Source of the DNA: Amoebidium appalachense
Taxonomy: Eukaryota > Protista > Ichthyosporea
Direction: 5' to 3'
Length of the DNA stretch: 64,000 bases
Assembly: GCA_963693365.1 (NCBI GenBank)
Contig: CAVNZM010000007.1
Span: 2,403,979 to 2,467,978 of the forward strand
The notes below the pieces were generated by a model. The model saw nothing but the letters and a program-made list of their open reading frames with translations. It ran no database searches and was not told the origin of the DNA. Positions 23,436 through 36,500 of the stretch are shown here, piece by piece. Both the position numbers and the translations under genes were made by a program. How positions within the stretch are numbered: position 1 is the first letter of the stretch; the number at the start of each line of letters is the position of its first letter.

Positions 23436-25360
23436 ATGGAAGGGAGGGCACAAGCAGCCCCTCTGAACGTGTTGGGACGCGCGCTTGCCTGCTGCTGTGT
23501 GGCCCCACGCACTGGCTTTTATCGTGATGGATTCTGTCGCACCGGTCCCTACGACTTCGGCTCTCACACAGTTTGTGCCCAGGTGCGTGCTGAACCCGCC
23601 CACGGGTGACCTACTCATGTTCAAGTGAAACAGTATCTGAGTTGGGTTTCGTTAACGAGGGGAATAGGTCGAAACTCGGGTACTGTGGATGACGTGGGCC
23701 CCCCCTGAGGATGGGCTCTGCTTATTATGCATACTCTTTATGTATGGCTTGCATTCTGCATCGTGTTATCCGTTTGTTCTTGTGTACTTCGTACTTTTTG
23801 ACGCATTCAAAACCCCCCCCCCCTCCCCGCCCCTCCTCCTCCTCCTCCCCCCCCCCCTCCCCCCCCTCCTCCTCCTCCCCTTTCCCCCCCCGCCTCCCCC
23901 GCCCCCCCCTACACACACACACAAACGCCCGCACCCCCTCCTCCCCATCCCCCTCGCCCCCACCAAACCCACATCCAGCATCCCTCTTGCCCCGCCCCTT
24001 TGCTTCCCCCTCCCCGCACACGTTGTTGTTGTTTCTCCTACCGTTATTCCACCTTCTCTTCTTTTTCTACCCAGCCCAGCCACGATCCCCGTGCTGGTAC
24101 TTCTTTTCCCTTCATTCCAATATTTCTGGATCTGCTTCAGTGCTCTTTTTAAGGGTCTGTTTTGCTATCAACTACTTGCGCTCTCTTGCACAGTGCTTCT
24201 CTTTGTGCATCTGCCCCCCCCCCCCCCCCCCCCCCCCCTCTTCCCCAGCACCCTCTCCCTACCCCGTCTCACCGACCCTCTTTTCCTTCATCCCTGCTAC
24301 TCCTCTACACACATCCTCCCCCCCCCCCCCGCCCCCCTCTCTGTCCAGCCCCTCCCTCCCTTCCTCTCTCTATTTGGTCACCCACCCATTCTATCGATCT
24401 TTCCTAATGAAGCAAGTACCTCATAAGCCCCCATCCCCCGTGGCCCCCTTTTCCCCCTCTCACTTCAAACCCTCCCCCCCCCTCCTCCTCCCTCCTCCCC
24501 CCTCCCTCCCCCACACACCCACCTTTCCCCTTTCTCTCTCTCTCTCTCCCAGTCCGAAGGTGCTAGCTTGCTTGCCTTCTCGTTTTCTTTGTCTTCCGAC
24601 TTTGGGAGAGGGGGGGGGAGGTGGGGGGGGGGGAAGGGGAGGGGGGCAAGCATGTCGACATTCCTGTCGGTTTGCAGGTGTTGTCCAGAGTTCACATCTT
24701 TTTACTACACCTTCTCTCACCACAGACATGTTTTGGTGGTTAATTTGTAGCAAGATCCATCATGGTCATTATCCCCCCTCATCCCCTCCCCCCGTCATCC
24801 GGCACCTCACCCCCTTCCTTCCTTCCTTCTGCAAAGAAGAAATATTACATTTTTGAGGATGCACGCATGGACGCTCTGCATTTTTGAAGGCATGGAAGAC
24901 GTTCGTTTACAGACCTACCGTGATACTCCATGTTCTAGATGCATGAATATGCAAGAAATGTATGAATTCCTACAGATTGTACCAACACACAACATATGCT
25001 ATTATGAATAATATCATACATGCATCTATGAAGGTATTGTTATACGATTGAGTGGAATGATTACACTTCCTACACTTGCATGTTTACGTGCAAGGTACAA
25101 CATACATCATAGTTGCAGAAGAAAGAAAACGCCTACACATGTTAGGCCATAGAAGATAGGTGCACTTAGTATTCCCATTGCATATAGCTGTACGATTGTT
25201 CTCCGTGAAGATACCTAAGTGTTGTGTTATAAAAAATACCTCAACGGCGTCTGCTATGCCCATGCTTCTCTCCTTCTTTGGCTCTCGCCCGTCCCTTCTC
25301 TTTCCCTCTCTCCCGCTTCCATATTCCCTCCTCCCTGTTTCTCTCTTTTTGTCTCTTTGT

Positions 25361-25397
<37 letters not shown>

Positions 25398-25552
25398 TTT
25401 TTCCCGTTAGCCCTCTCCCCCTTCCTCCCTCCCTTTTCCCCTCATCCTCTCTCCCCCCCCCCCCAAAAAACCACCCCCGTCCCATCCTTTCTTTCGTCCT
25501 CCACCTCCCCCTCCCTCCCTCCCCCCCCCCTACATACACACACACACACACG

Positions 25553-25626
<74 letters not shown>

Positions 25627-25927
25627 ACACACATACACACACGGGCACCCCGTCCCACCCCTCCCTTCTTGCCTGTCTCCCCTCCCCCCGTCCCCCACCC
25701 CCTCTCTATGTGTGTGTGTTTGTCTCTCTTTATCCCTGTTTCTCTCTGTCACACCCCCGCTCACCACTTCAACCCTCCCCAAGCCCCCTCCTTGAGGGGG
25801 CCTTCTGAGGATGAGCCCTGCTTTCAATGCGTGCTACGTGTTGCTGATGTTGCTTGCCTGAAGTGGTTTGCCTTTGCATGTGTCCTGCACTGTCATTTTC
25901 ACTTGGTATCGTCTTCCGCATTCTGAG

Positions 25928-25958
<31 letters not shown>

Positions 25959-26338
25959 ACCCACATACAAACACAACACACTTTCCACACACACATTCAC
26001 CAACTCAACCATATGCAGAAAAATAGGACTATTCCGCTCACCCCCACAGTCACACACAGGTGACGGCAGCATTTCTAGACTACACACGCCGCCGCGGGAA
26101 CGATCTTTCCACACCCCGCCCAGAGTTCGATTTTCCGGGTCTAAAACCCGGAGACAGATGGTGTCTGTGTGTGTCCCGGTGGAAGGAGGCAAAAGATTTG
26201 GGTGTTGCTCCCCCCGTTTTATTGGATGCATGTCATGCAAAGGCTTTGGACGTGGTGACGGCAGAGGAATTGCGCGAGCATTCCATTCCATCCGGCGGGG
26301 GTTCCCCATTGGCTAGCCCGGAGGTGGTGGGGCGATAG
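23436..26338 (+). CDS. DUF2237 family protein; join(23436..23582,26060..26338)
   Basis: Exon 1 NVLGRALACCCVAPRTGFYRDGFCRTGPYDFGSHTVCAQ splices in phase 0 to exon 2 VTAAFLDYTRRRGNDLSTPRPEFDFPGLKPGDRWCLCVSRW. These are the characteristic DUF2237 motifs. Confidence 0.92.
23583..23813 (+). ncRNA. Structured intronic repeat element, copy B
   Basis: Starts at the donor GTGC of the DUF2237 intron. Helices ACCCG/CGGGT, GACCTA/TAGGTC, ACAGTATCTGAGT/ACTCGGGTACTGT and CTCATGT/ACGTGGG. GAAAC at 23671, CTGAGGA at 23705. Confidence 0.6.
25795..25923 (+). ncRNA. Structured intronic repeat element, copy C (3' half only)
   Basis: GGGCCTTCTGAGGATGAGCCCTGCTT...TTTGCCTTTGCATGTGTCCTGCAC...CCGCATTC matches copy A 14036-14176. 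Confidence 0.55.
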
Positions 26339-26445
26339 ATGGGTGGTTGGGTTGTGTTTGTGTCTTCTGCTGTGATTTTGCTTGGATACACTTTAGATAC
26401 ATACGCGCGCACACACGCACGCACGCACGCACGCACGCTCACACG

Positions 26446-26514
<69 letters not shown>

Positions 26515-26733
26515 ACACATACACACACACACACAGTCTTTCACCTCCGGCAGCCCGACCCAACCACCCACCCACACTTCCCTGTATGCTCTTATTGCTG
26601 CTTGGTTCTTTCTGCCCCCCTGGGATCTAGTTTCGTATGTGATGATGCGATGGTCTTATGTTATCCCCCCCAGGGGGGAGGAGGGGGCACGGGGGGGGGA
26701 AGGGGGGGAGGGGGGGGAGGGGGGAGGGGGGTG

Positions 26734-26766
<33 letters not shown>

Positions 26767-27824
26767 TTTGAGGGCCTATGACCTATAGCAGGTTTGTGTG
26801 TTTTTTTTAAAGGTTTTTTTCTTTTTTACTTTTTTTTTGTTTTTTTGGGGGGGAGGGTGGGGGGGTGGGGGGGTGGGGATGTTGATGTACATATGGCGAG
26901 GGAACATAGTGGGAACACAGCAAGTCAGTGACCCCTCATTAGAAGAAACCTCGTGCATGCTATCATGTTCAGATTCTGATAGTATGGGGTGGAAAGGAAG
27001 GAAATAGCCTCGATCAAAAGCGATCATCAGTTTTCGAGCTATCCGATGGGTATAAAGTGTAGAAATTGAAAGGCTATTTGGACTTGAGTAAATGGACATC
27101 ACGATTGTTGAGGCCGGATCGCTACCGTCGCTAGCTAAAATAAAAAGCGCATTTTGTCGTAGAATTTTATGTGTAGATGTAATGATTGGTTTTATAGTTT
27201 TTTATTTTTCTTATTTTGTGTGTGTGTGTTTTTTTCCCCCCCCATCTTATTTGTCTCTTTACACTATGGGTCGTTTGGGCTAAGGTGGCCGATCCTCAGT
27301 TTTAGCGAGCTGCTATTGGTCAGTTTGATCCACGGCTATTTACTTGCTTTCCACCCATTAGTTAGTAGCAGGTGTATATTCTTCCCCACTTTTCCTCTTC
27401 TTGTTGCTGGTTCATGACAGTTGTGTTGTCGTTAAGGGACTGTGTACGCTCGGAGTCTATTGGATGATGCAAAATATTATTAAAGATTTGAGACTGGTTG
27501 AAGCAACTGTGTGCATGCTAATATTTTTGATTAGTGTGAGTCAGAACATGCAAATGTCTGTGTGCGTGCCCCTTCCGGTGGCTGTGTGGTCCCTGTCGTG
27601 TTGATGTTTCCTTTTTCTTTCCTTTTCTTCTTTTATTTTGTAGAGTTATGTGGGCCTTCTTGTTGATCATCATCATAGGCTAATTGGGTTAATTCTCCCT
27701 CCCCCCCCCCCCCCCCCCCCACTCCCTCTCTCTTTTTCCCGACAGCCCCTCTCTCTAGCTGTCTCTCTCTTGGATTTTGTTTCTTCATTTGGAGGGGGGG
27801 GAGGGGGAGGGGGAGGGGGGGGGG

Positions 27825-27858
<34 letters not shown>

Positions 27859-28619
27859 GTATAAACCGGTACCCTGCAAGCTCTTGCCCGGTACTTTCTC
27901 CATGTGCATAGTAAACATGTTAGTACACAATGTGTTTTACTTCCCTAGCAAACCATATAATAGGTGCGAGACCCACTTCATCCCTTCCTCAACCTATAGA
28001 CAAAGGTTCAAAACAGACTATGTTCGCGGTCAGACTACCAAAATTACAGGCCCACAAACATTAAAACACGACATGTTTGCAGAGGAGTAATATGGCAACT
28101 CTACATTTGAATAGGTTTTGAAACGAAGTTCCATCACGGTCACAGTTACCAATTAATCCGGGAGGTGTTATTTTTAGAGTCCAGGGCCAAAAATAGCCAC
28201 ATCACAGAGCCGTTGGCCATAAAGTTTGTCACAGACAAAACTTTGCTGATTTATTACCTACGTCTAATTGGGAAAGTATAGGCAGCCGAACCTGATTTGA
28301 AATGGTTAGAAGTAAAATAATAATTAAGTAATCTAGTATGTGCCCTTTAATTATGCATTCAATTAGATCTAACAATGCATCCTACTGAAACATACGAAAA
28401 ATACAAAGCAACTTAATTAAATGTCTCACATATGTACGCAAAAATCCGGTCTTGAATTAGCATAAAGTTTCGGTAAAGTCTTCCCTTCAATACTACACAA
28501 TATAAATCACTTCAGGGATTTTACCCGCGCTATTGTCCTTGCGCGCTATATTTCAAAAAATTTTACATACCCAAGCCACCCACCCAGTTACTAAGGCTGT
28601 TACATGGTTCAACCAATCA

Positions 28620-29862
28620 CTAATACAAAACCACCTGTCTTGGATTGAAAATCAACCTTTTCCCATTCTCAACCATACACTTATGCAAAGCCACATGTTC
28701 ACAATCGTCCGTCCCATCATAACTACACTCGAGCAATGCTTCCTTCTTGTAAATTGCCAAACCGCCAAAACACGAATCCACGTATTGAGGCGGGTGGCGG
28801 TGGTCGTGCGCGATTATATGATGTCCGTAGTAGTTTGCCTTGTGCCAAAACTTATCGCGGAAAGCGAGCGAGTCATAAAATCTGGCTGTCAACATGGTGA
28901 AATCTCGGGCCATCGTGTTGTTTGGGTCGTCCGAGAGCGTAGGGGGATGGACACCGTTGTCTGGGTGGTTGAGCGCACCGCCAATCATACACAGCTGCAA
29001 GGGAGAATCATGCAGTTAGTAATTTATTACTCAAATCGGATTGGATAACGAAAAAAATAAGGGGGGTCCATTGGTTCTCTGTGTGTGTGCACGAGAGTGA
29101 GGTAGACTAGATTGTGTAGATGACTTGAATCGTGGAGGCACAGAACTAATTCTCGAGAGCCAAGGCCGGGGTAGTGGGGGTGGAAAGGAAGGCTCAGACG
29201 ACACCGGCCCGGGGTGAGAGGGGGGGGGAGGGGGGGGGAGGGGAGGGGAGGGGGACTTGGTAAGGGTGCAACAAAGGTAGGGAGCAAAAGCATTGCAGGG
29301 CATGTGTTTGGGCATTTGGTTGAAATGCCATAGGTTCAATCAAAAGCACCCACCCCCCCCCCCCCCCCCCCCCCCCTTCCAAAAAAAAAAAAGCACCGAT
29401 TGTACACCCACACACCCACCACACACACAGACACATACACCCACACACCAACAGACGTACACGCCCTTCCACCCAACCCACCCACCCACATACACACGAA
29501 TTACCCGATGCAGTAGCAATAGCAACCCCCTCAAGCACCAAAATTTACCTGTTGCCCTCTGTTGTAAGCCATGCCGTTACTACACGTCATATCCCAGTCC
29601 AGCCCCGCCACCATCAGCCCAAAACTGTGCGAAATTCCGTCGCGGCTTAGACCCCCCTCCAGGTCCATATCGACCACAGCAATAAATTCGTAATTTGCGT
29701 ACTCACGATGGCGTAGCTGAGACAGGTACATGTTGCGGAGGAGAGAGAGGATCTGAAATTTCGAAAGGAGGGGTTAATTATGGGACGTTTTTATTTCAAT
29801 GATTGGGTTTTTTTAGTTGTGTGTGTGTGTGTATGTGTGTGTTTGTGTGTATGAGGGGAGTA

Positions 29863-29910
<48 letters not shown>

Positions 29911-30376
29911 CTAAGACGAGGGGACGGAGGATCGGGTATGAATGAGCTACAGAGTTCGAAGTGGAGGGCTGATGGGTAGGTGGGTAGGGGAGTGTGTTCA
30001 TGTGTGTGTGTACACGTGGTGACGGTGGTGGGGGTGGGTGTGTGAGTGTGAACATGTGTGTGGTGTTTTTTTTTTTTGGGGGGGGGGGGAAGGGGGGGGG
30101 GGGGGCAGGGGGGCGAGAGCCAAGGAATAAGGGAGAGGGAAATGGGGCGGGAGGGGGGCGGGGGGCGGGGGAGTGAGGGAGGTATGTAGGGGCAGGGATG
30201 AGAGAAAAGAGGGGGGCGGCAACGGGGGGTGCTTTTGGGAAGTTGTGCAAAGAGACAGGCAAGGGTAGTTGAGATCAAGTGGGTGGATGCTTGTTGAGGG
30301 GCAGGGGATGGGAGGGGGAGGGGGGGGAGGGGGAGGCAAAGAAGATGGGGTGTGTGGGGGGTTAGGTGAGTGAGTG

Positions 30377-30407
<31 letters not shown>

Positions 30408-30640
30408 GCGGGTGTTGGTTGTGGGCGGAGAAGTTGGTGTGGTGGTGGGGGGAGGGGGATATAGGGGAGGAATGGAAGGATCGGAATTGGAATGTAGTAC
30501 AAAGCTAAAACAAACAACGAGAACGTCGGTGCAGCTCTTTGGATGAACCAGAGGCACACACAGGCAAACACAGCCAGAGAGAGCATTCAACATAGCCAGA
30601 GTCCAACAGTGCAGGGTGCCGGGCGGGAGAAGGGAGAAGG

Positions 30641-30727
<87 letters not shown>

Positions 30728-32387
30728 GGGAGAGGGGCGGGGCGAGGGGGGGGGGGGGAGAGGCAGTGTGTATATGTGTGTGTGTTTGTGTGTGTGTAGT
30801 AGGGTTAGGTAGGTGGGCAGGGGGATAGAGACGGACAGTATGAGTGAGTGAGTGAGTGTGTGTGTGTGTGTGTGTGTGTAGTGTGTGTGTGTGTTGGGGG
30901 GAGGTGTGGGGGGGGGGGGGGGGGGGGGGGGGGGAGGAGCTCTGCCTCACAAGTTCATTGACTACCTAAAATGCAAATTGAAAAACAGGAGGAAAATACG
31001 GCCACAATAGGAGGATAACGTGTTATGTGTCGTAGGATATGAGCACGTGGTTTGGGATCCCCCCCCCCCCCTCTCTCCTCCCCTCCCTTAACTGCCCATC
31101 CCCCCCCCCCCCCCCCTCCCCCCCCCCCAACCCCCTCTCCCCCCCACGCCCCGCGCCCCCCCTTCCCCCCATCAACAACAACCAAAAAAGGAAAAGAAAG
31201 GAAAGGAAAGAAAGAAAGAAAGAGAAGTGTTCCCGCCACCCACCCTTTCTTCCTTCTTCTTAGATTAGAATCTTTCTTTTTTGTTTGCCCGGGGGGGGAG
31301 GAGGGGGGGGGGGGGGGGGGGTGTGGAGCGAAACAGGGACGTAAACGAAGCGCCCACTCACCTGGAATCGTCGGTTACTCAAAAGCCCCTGCCCGTTTGC
31401 AGCGGTTATGTTCAGTGTGTAGCTCAAAATCTTCACAGACGGAGACCTTGCGCTCCAACCGCTCAAAACGGACATAGTCGCATCGTTCGAGTCGTTTTCA
31501 ACTACTATTGCACCCCAGTTTTTGAACATTTTCCCAACGACGTCAATCTGCGCAGTTAGCCGAGGCAGGGTGCGTGCGTTGTTTCGCGAAACCCCTACAA
31601 CCAGAATCGAAGACCGTTTCATCACCTCCCTCCCCAAGTGCATAATCTGACCGGGTGTGTAATCGATTTTGACGCTGGGAAAACGCGGTTCTACCTGTAT
31701 GGATTTCTGCGGGCAGCCTGCCTGAACCGGGTTTTCCGTTACGCAAGTCGGGAATGTAGCGGCATATTCCGCTTTGACCAATGAAACGAGGGTGCACCCT
31801 AACTTTTGGTATGGAAGTACAGGGGATGCTGTCACCTGCCTGTATGCCTGGTTGACAAACGGATCGGTGTCTGGTACACTGTGGAAGAAAAAGAAGAAAG
31901 AAAGGAAGAAAAAGAAGAAAGAAAGGTGTTTAGATGGCGGTCAGAGTATGTGTGTATGCATGTTGGGAGGCATGTGTCTAAGAATTCACGAGAATAGACG
32001 AAAATGCACAGCCTGGTGTAAATGGTGTAAATGGTCCACAACAATGAAATATCCTACCGTAGAAACAGGATGGAATCCGACATTCACTATTGCACACAAC
32101 AATTACTTTTGATGAGTGAGGCCGGTACAGCACAGAATTTATGAACACACATCTCAGGCGCTCATGATCAAGCACAGCCAATCATTATGCTGGCCGGCAA
32201 ATCGTGTGTGCGTGTGTGTATGTGTGTGTATACCAGTCCGGCTGCTAGGACCAATTTATGCATCCGAAGCGCTGAAACACACGGAAGCATGTATTTCCTT
32301 ACAACAGCCCCGTGACAAGCCACCAATAAGAAGGCACGTGATGTGCTTCCCATTTGACAAGGAGCCGTTCCGTTCTCGCGTGTGACG

Positions 32388-32452
<65 letters not shown>

Positions 32453-33271
32453 ATAAGCACCAGTTCGAGAACCACACACCCATAAGCCTGCTCTTACGGT
32501 TGAACACTCACAGGCAGACAACAAGCATTCACGTTCACAGGCACAAAACAAGCATGCACACTTACAGGCGCAACTAGCATGGGCACTTACAGGCACACAA
32601 ATTATATCGACAACATCTCATTGCCACTGCAGCAATGAAAAATGCGGGCGTGCACAACCCAACAGCAATGCCACGACATACATACACACGTGGTGATTCC
32701 AGACACGCATGCACGCGCGCACACACACACCGTGTCACCCAACCATACCCACTTGTCAAACACGGTCCACCAGCCCCCTATCCAACACAGACATACAGCC
32801 TCACACTCACACACTGCCAAGCAACCAAACCCTTTCTCCACACAAGCAGGCCACTTACTCTGGTGGTGCTCCAAAAACACCAATCTGCTTCTTCACCACT
32901 TCCACCGGTGTCAAATTCTTAAGGAAAGACCACTCATCCTCACTTATTTCAACGGGAATGGCAATACCGTTTTCTCTCTGCCAACGAGCTTGGTCTTTCG
33001 TAACGGTCTCATTAGCATTTGTGTTTCCACCCGTTCCCAAGTCGTATGTGTGTGTGTATTGCTCAAACCAACTGTAAGGACTGCCCAGTGTACAGCAAAC
33101 AATCCAGAAAAGCGCCGTTCCAAGCACAAAGGCCATTCTTCGAGAAATTGTGCAGTTTTTTCTCCACCGTATCAGACGTTTGTCTTCGCCTTCGCAGTTA
33201 CCCCCTGGGACATGTGTGGGGAGGCCCTTTTCGGTCCCTGCTTTTAACAGAAGGGGATTTTGGAGCTGCAT
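28620..33271 (-). CDS. CAP59/GT69-like (cryptococcal mannosyltransferase-related) type II membrane glycosyltransferase; complement(join(28620..28994,29549..29752,31362..31878,32859..33271))
   Basis: Four frame-compatible GT-AG exons. N-terminal [16 protein letters not shown]; motifs [21 protein letters not shown] (DxD), [20 protein letters not shown] and CEHVALH. Confidence 0.85.
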
Positions 33272-33575
33272 GGTGCTGAAGTGGCCCGAAAGCCCTCGAA
33301 AAAGAAACGTGCGGTCGCTGTGTCTCTATGAAAAAATGGTGAAGTGGTTGACTATAGAATTGTCAATAATGTCGCAGTGGGAGTTCCTAACGACTACTCA
33401 AGGAGAGAAAGTAGAGAAGAGAGATGACTTATTATTGGGCATACGGCCTAAAAGGTAAGACGTGCAAGACGGTTCTATGTTTGCTTCCCTTCGCCTCTTA
33501 TCATATCATTTACTCTGCAGGCAAACGCTCGAACGTAATCTAGTTTTCTCTGTGTAATGCTTAATATAATAAATA

Positions 33576-36500
33576 AACAACAAAAAAAAAGTGGGAATAT
33601 CACTAATAAACACACAATCCCTCCCGTTCAAAATCGTTTCAGCCTCTTATGTATGTAAGATGCAGGCTCTGTCTCCTTTTTTCTCTCTCTGTTTTACTCA
33701 AAGTTTTGATTTCCTAGTGTTTCTGTTTTTTCTCTTTCTTTACACCTATGTTTCTGACTTTTCCCTCTCTCTTTACACGCACTTTTCCCTATGTCTCAGT
33801 TTCGTTTCTCCGTTCACTCGTTTTTTGATTACGTCTACGCCATTCTGTGACTCATCTAGCGGCCTAGACGAATCCCAAAACTTTAAAGCCAAAAATAGAT
33901 TACCTTTTTTGGTATTTGTTCCCAACGTTGATTGGTTTTTCGCTTTTGGGAAATCGAGCTCTTCTGCGAACTGTTCGCGCTGGCGGAAGGTCGTGCATAC
34001 GACCCCGTAAGCGACAAGTGGGAACCAACCCCACAGGTGTCGGACCAAACCGATGCCTAATTTATCCTTCTTCTTCTGGAATGCTCGGACACTGGGCCCC
34101 CAAAAGGGCCTCCCCCCCGGGACACTCGACGATAAAATCAGCTACATACAACAACAGACAAACAACCACACGTTTACAGTGATTTGCGAAACACAGTTTA
34201 AAAACCACCACAAATTCAACTCTACACTGGTCGACACATCCACACACCCCGGTTACGCGAAAAACCGAGGCATTATTGTACTTGCCGCACCACACGTGAG
34301 AGTGAAGTGCAAACCGGTAGCAAAAACGGAATTCTCGGTTTCTATAGAGTTTCTTTCTAATGTTTTTACTTTTGTATATTACCCACCATCTATGTCGGTT
34401 GTCGAATTGACTCACGAGTTGTCACAGTTACCAATGTCCACTGTTATTTTAGGTGATTTTAACACGCGACTCCACCACACAGACACACTGCAAGTGAGTG
34501 TCGGGTACCCATCTAAGCCCCCGGAGCGTGCTATCCCTTTAGCAAGGTATGTCCAAAGTCACACTTTGCGGTTCCCTCAAATATCCCATGCCCACAACAC
34601 CGACTGGGGAGTGGCCTTTTGGCCATCAACCATGTCAAAACTCTCTCTCCCTCCTAACCTCTCTAGGTCATCTGACCACTCTCCTATCCTTTTCCTACCT
34701 AAGATCTCCCTTGATCTGCTCCCCCCTCCCCCTCCCACCTTTCGCCTCCGTCTATCCCAGCTTAAGTCACAGTGGGGTAGAGTTGATGTATGTGTATGCT
34801 ATGCTACGAAACACCCTATATATATGCGCCTATTAGAATCTGCACAAGCCAGGCCAGATTCACATCTCGTACTAGATACATGCACTAACTTTATTGTTGA
34901 TGATTTGATAGATCTCGGTGATTATGCTGGCGGTGGTAGGAAGGAATATCCCGATGCTCTCTTGTTACCAAACACCACTCCCGCTAGAATAGGTGAACCC
35001 CTGTCTCAAAAGGAAAGCTTGCGCCGGCTTGCTAGTATGAATCGATTTGGCCCCCCTGCTCGTATTATTGGTGATACCACTGGAGACCCCCTCATAGACT
35101 CTGATAAGTATTTCTCGGAACTGTTTAAAGATAGGACCCCCGCTCAGAAACCTATTGTGTGGCCTGTAGACCCATCTATCCCCATAGAATCGATCCTCCC
35201 CTTTTTCAGTCCCGATGCCATATGGTCTGTGATATCTAGTTATAGCTCTAGTAAGTCTTGTGGACCTGATGGACTCCCTGCTGGGTTTCTTAAAATCCTT
35301 GTTCCCTCCTACCCACAAAAGGAAAGTGATCGTGCTATTAAACCTGATCTTACTATCATGTTAAGCTCTCTCTTTTCTTGGTGTGTTAAATGTGGACATG
35401 TCCCGTCATCTTGGTTAGATACCTTAGTGATCCCCATAGTTAAGAAGGACTCTGAGGGCCCCATATCATCCTTTCGCCCCATTACACTAACCCAGGTTGT
35501 TCGTAGATTCTTTGAAGCTTGCTTACTTAGGTTATTTGCACATCACCCTAGGTTTCAATCTATTCTTCACATACACCCATGCCAATCCGCTTTTCGTAAA
35601 AACAATTCATGTTATGTTCAAATAATGGCACTGCACGATTCTATGCAAGTTGGTGCACAATATGTTGGCTTTATTGATTGGAAAACTGCTTACGATTCTG
35701 TCTCCCCTGGTCTCCTATGGGAAAAGCTTGCTGCACGGGGTGTACCACACTGCATTGGTGTTCTGTTAGAAGCACTCTTGTCTCAAACCTATGGTAGAGC
35801 TGTGGTTAATGGGCATCTTTCATATGGTTTTGCTCGTACTAGAGGTCTCTTGCAGGGTTCATTGCTTAGCCCCTTTTTGTTTAACCTATTTATAGATGAT
35901 TTGGCTGTCAAGATTTACGCCGAAAACGATGACCCTATTAATAACTTTCCGCCTGCACTTCTCTATGCTGATGATCTGTCCCTCCTTGCCCGTACCCCTA
36001 GACGCCTGCAAAGATTGTTCGATGTAGTGTCAGAGTGGTGCAAGGCAAACCTTATGATCCTTAACATAGACAAATGTGGTGTTCTTGTACCTGATATAGC
36101 TAACAATTTACACACATTTACATTATCATCTAAACCTGTACCTATAGTTCCAGAATACAAATATCTTGGTGTTCCGGTTGATTCTGTTGGTGTTATGTTT
36201 CCCCATATGGTCGAAAAGAGGGTAGAGTTGGCTCGTAAGCGGTTAGCTTTCTTCTCGGCTAATATTTTTAAAGACACACCCCTCCATCCTTCTATTAGAC
36301 TTACATTTATTCGCACTTTTGTCTTCCCGGCATGTGAATATGGTTTACCCCTTCTCGCCGCTTGGATCAAGAAAGAGAGAACTAGAGCGCTTAAACCCTT
36401 GGCAAATTTCCTTGAAGCAGAAGTTGCCTCCTTTCTATCTAACAACTGTTGTAAACCTGGGCCTGTAACGCTCTCGATATATGGTCTGGTCCCAATAGCT

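Noticed and set aside
31783-31810. 14-bp match to the 17999 repeat (GAAACGAGGGTGCA)
   Set aside because: Lies inside a coding exon and is short enough to occur by chance in 64 kb.
33591-34010. Candidate ORF1 of the retrotransposon
   Set aside because: Phe/Ser/Leu-rich translation of pyrimidine-rich UTR; no gag-like zinc knuckle or RRM.
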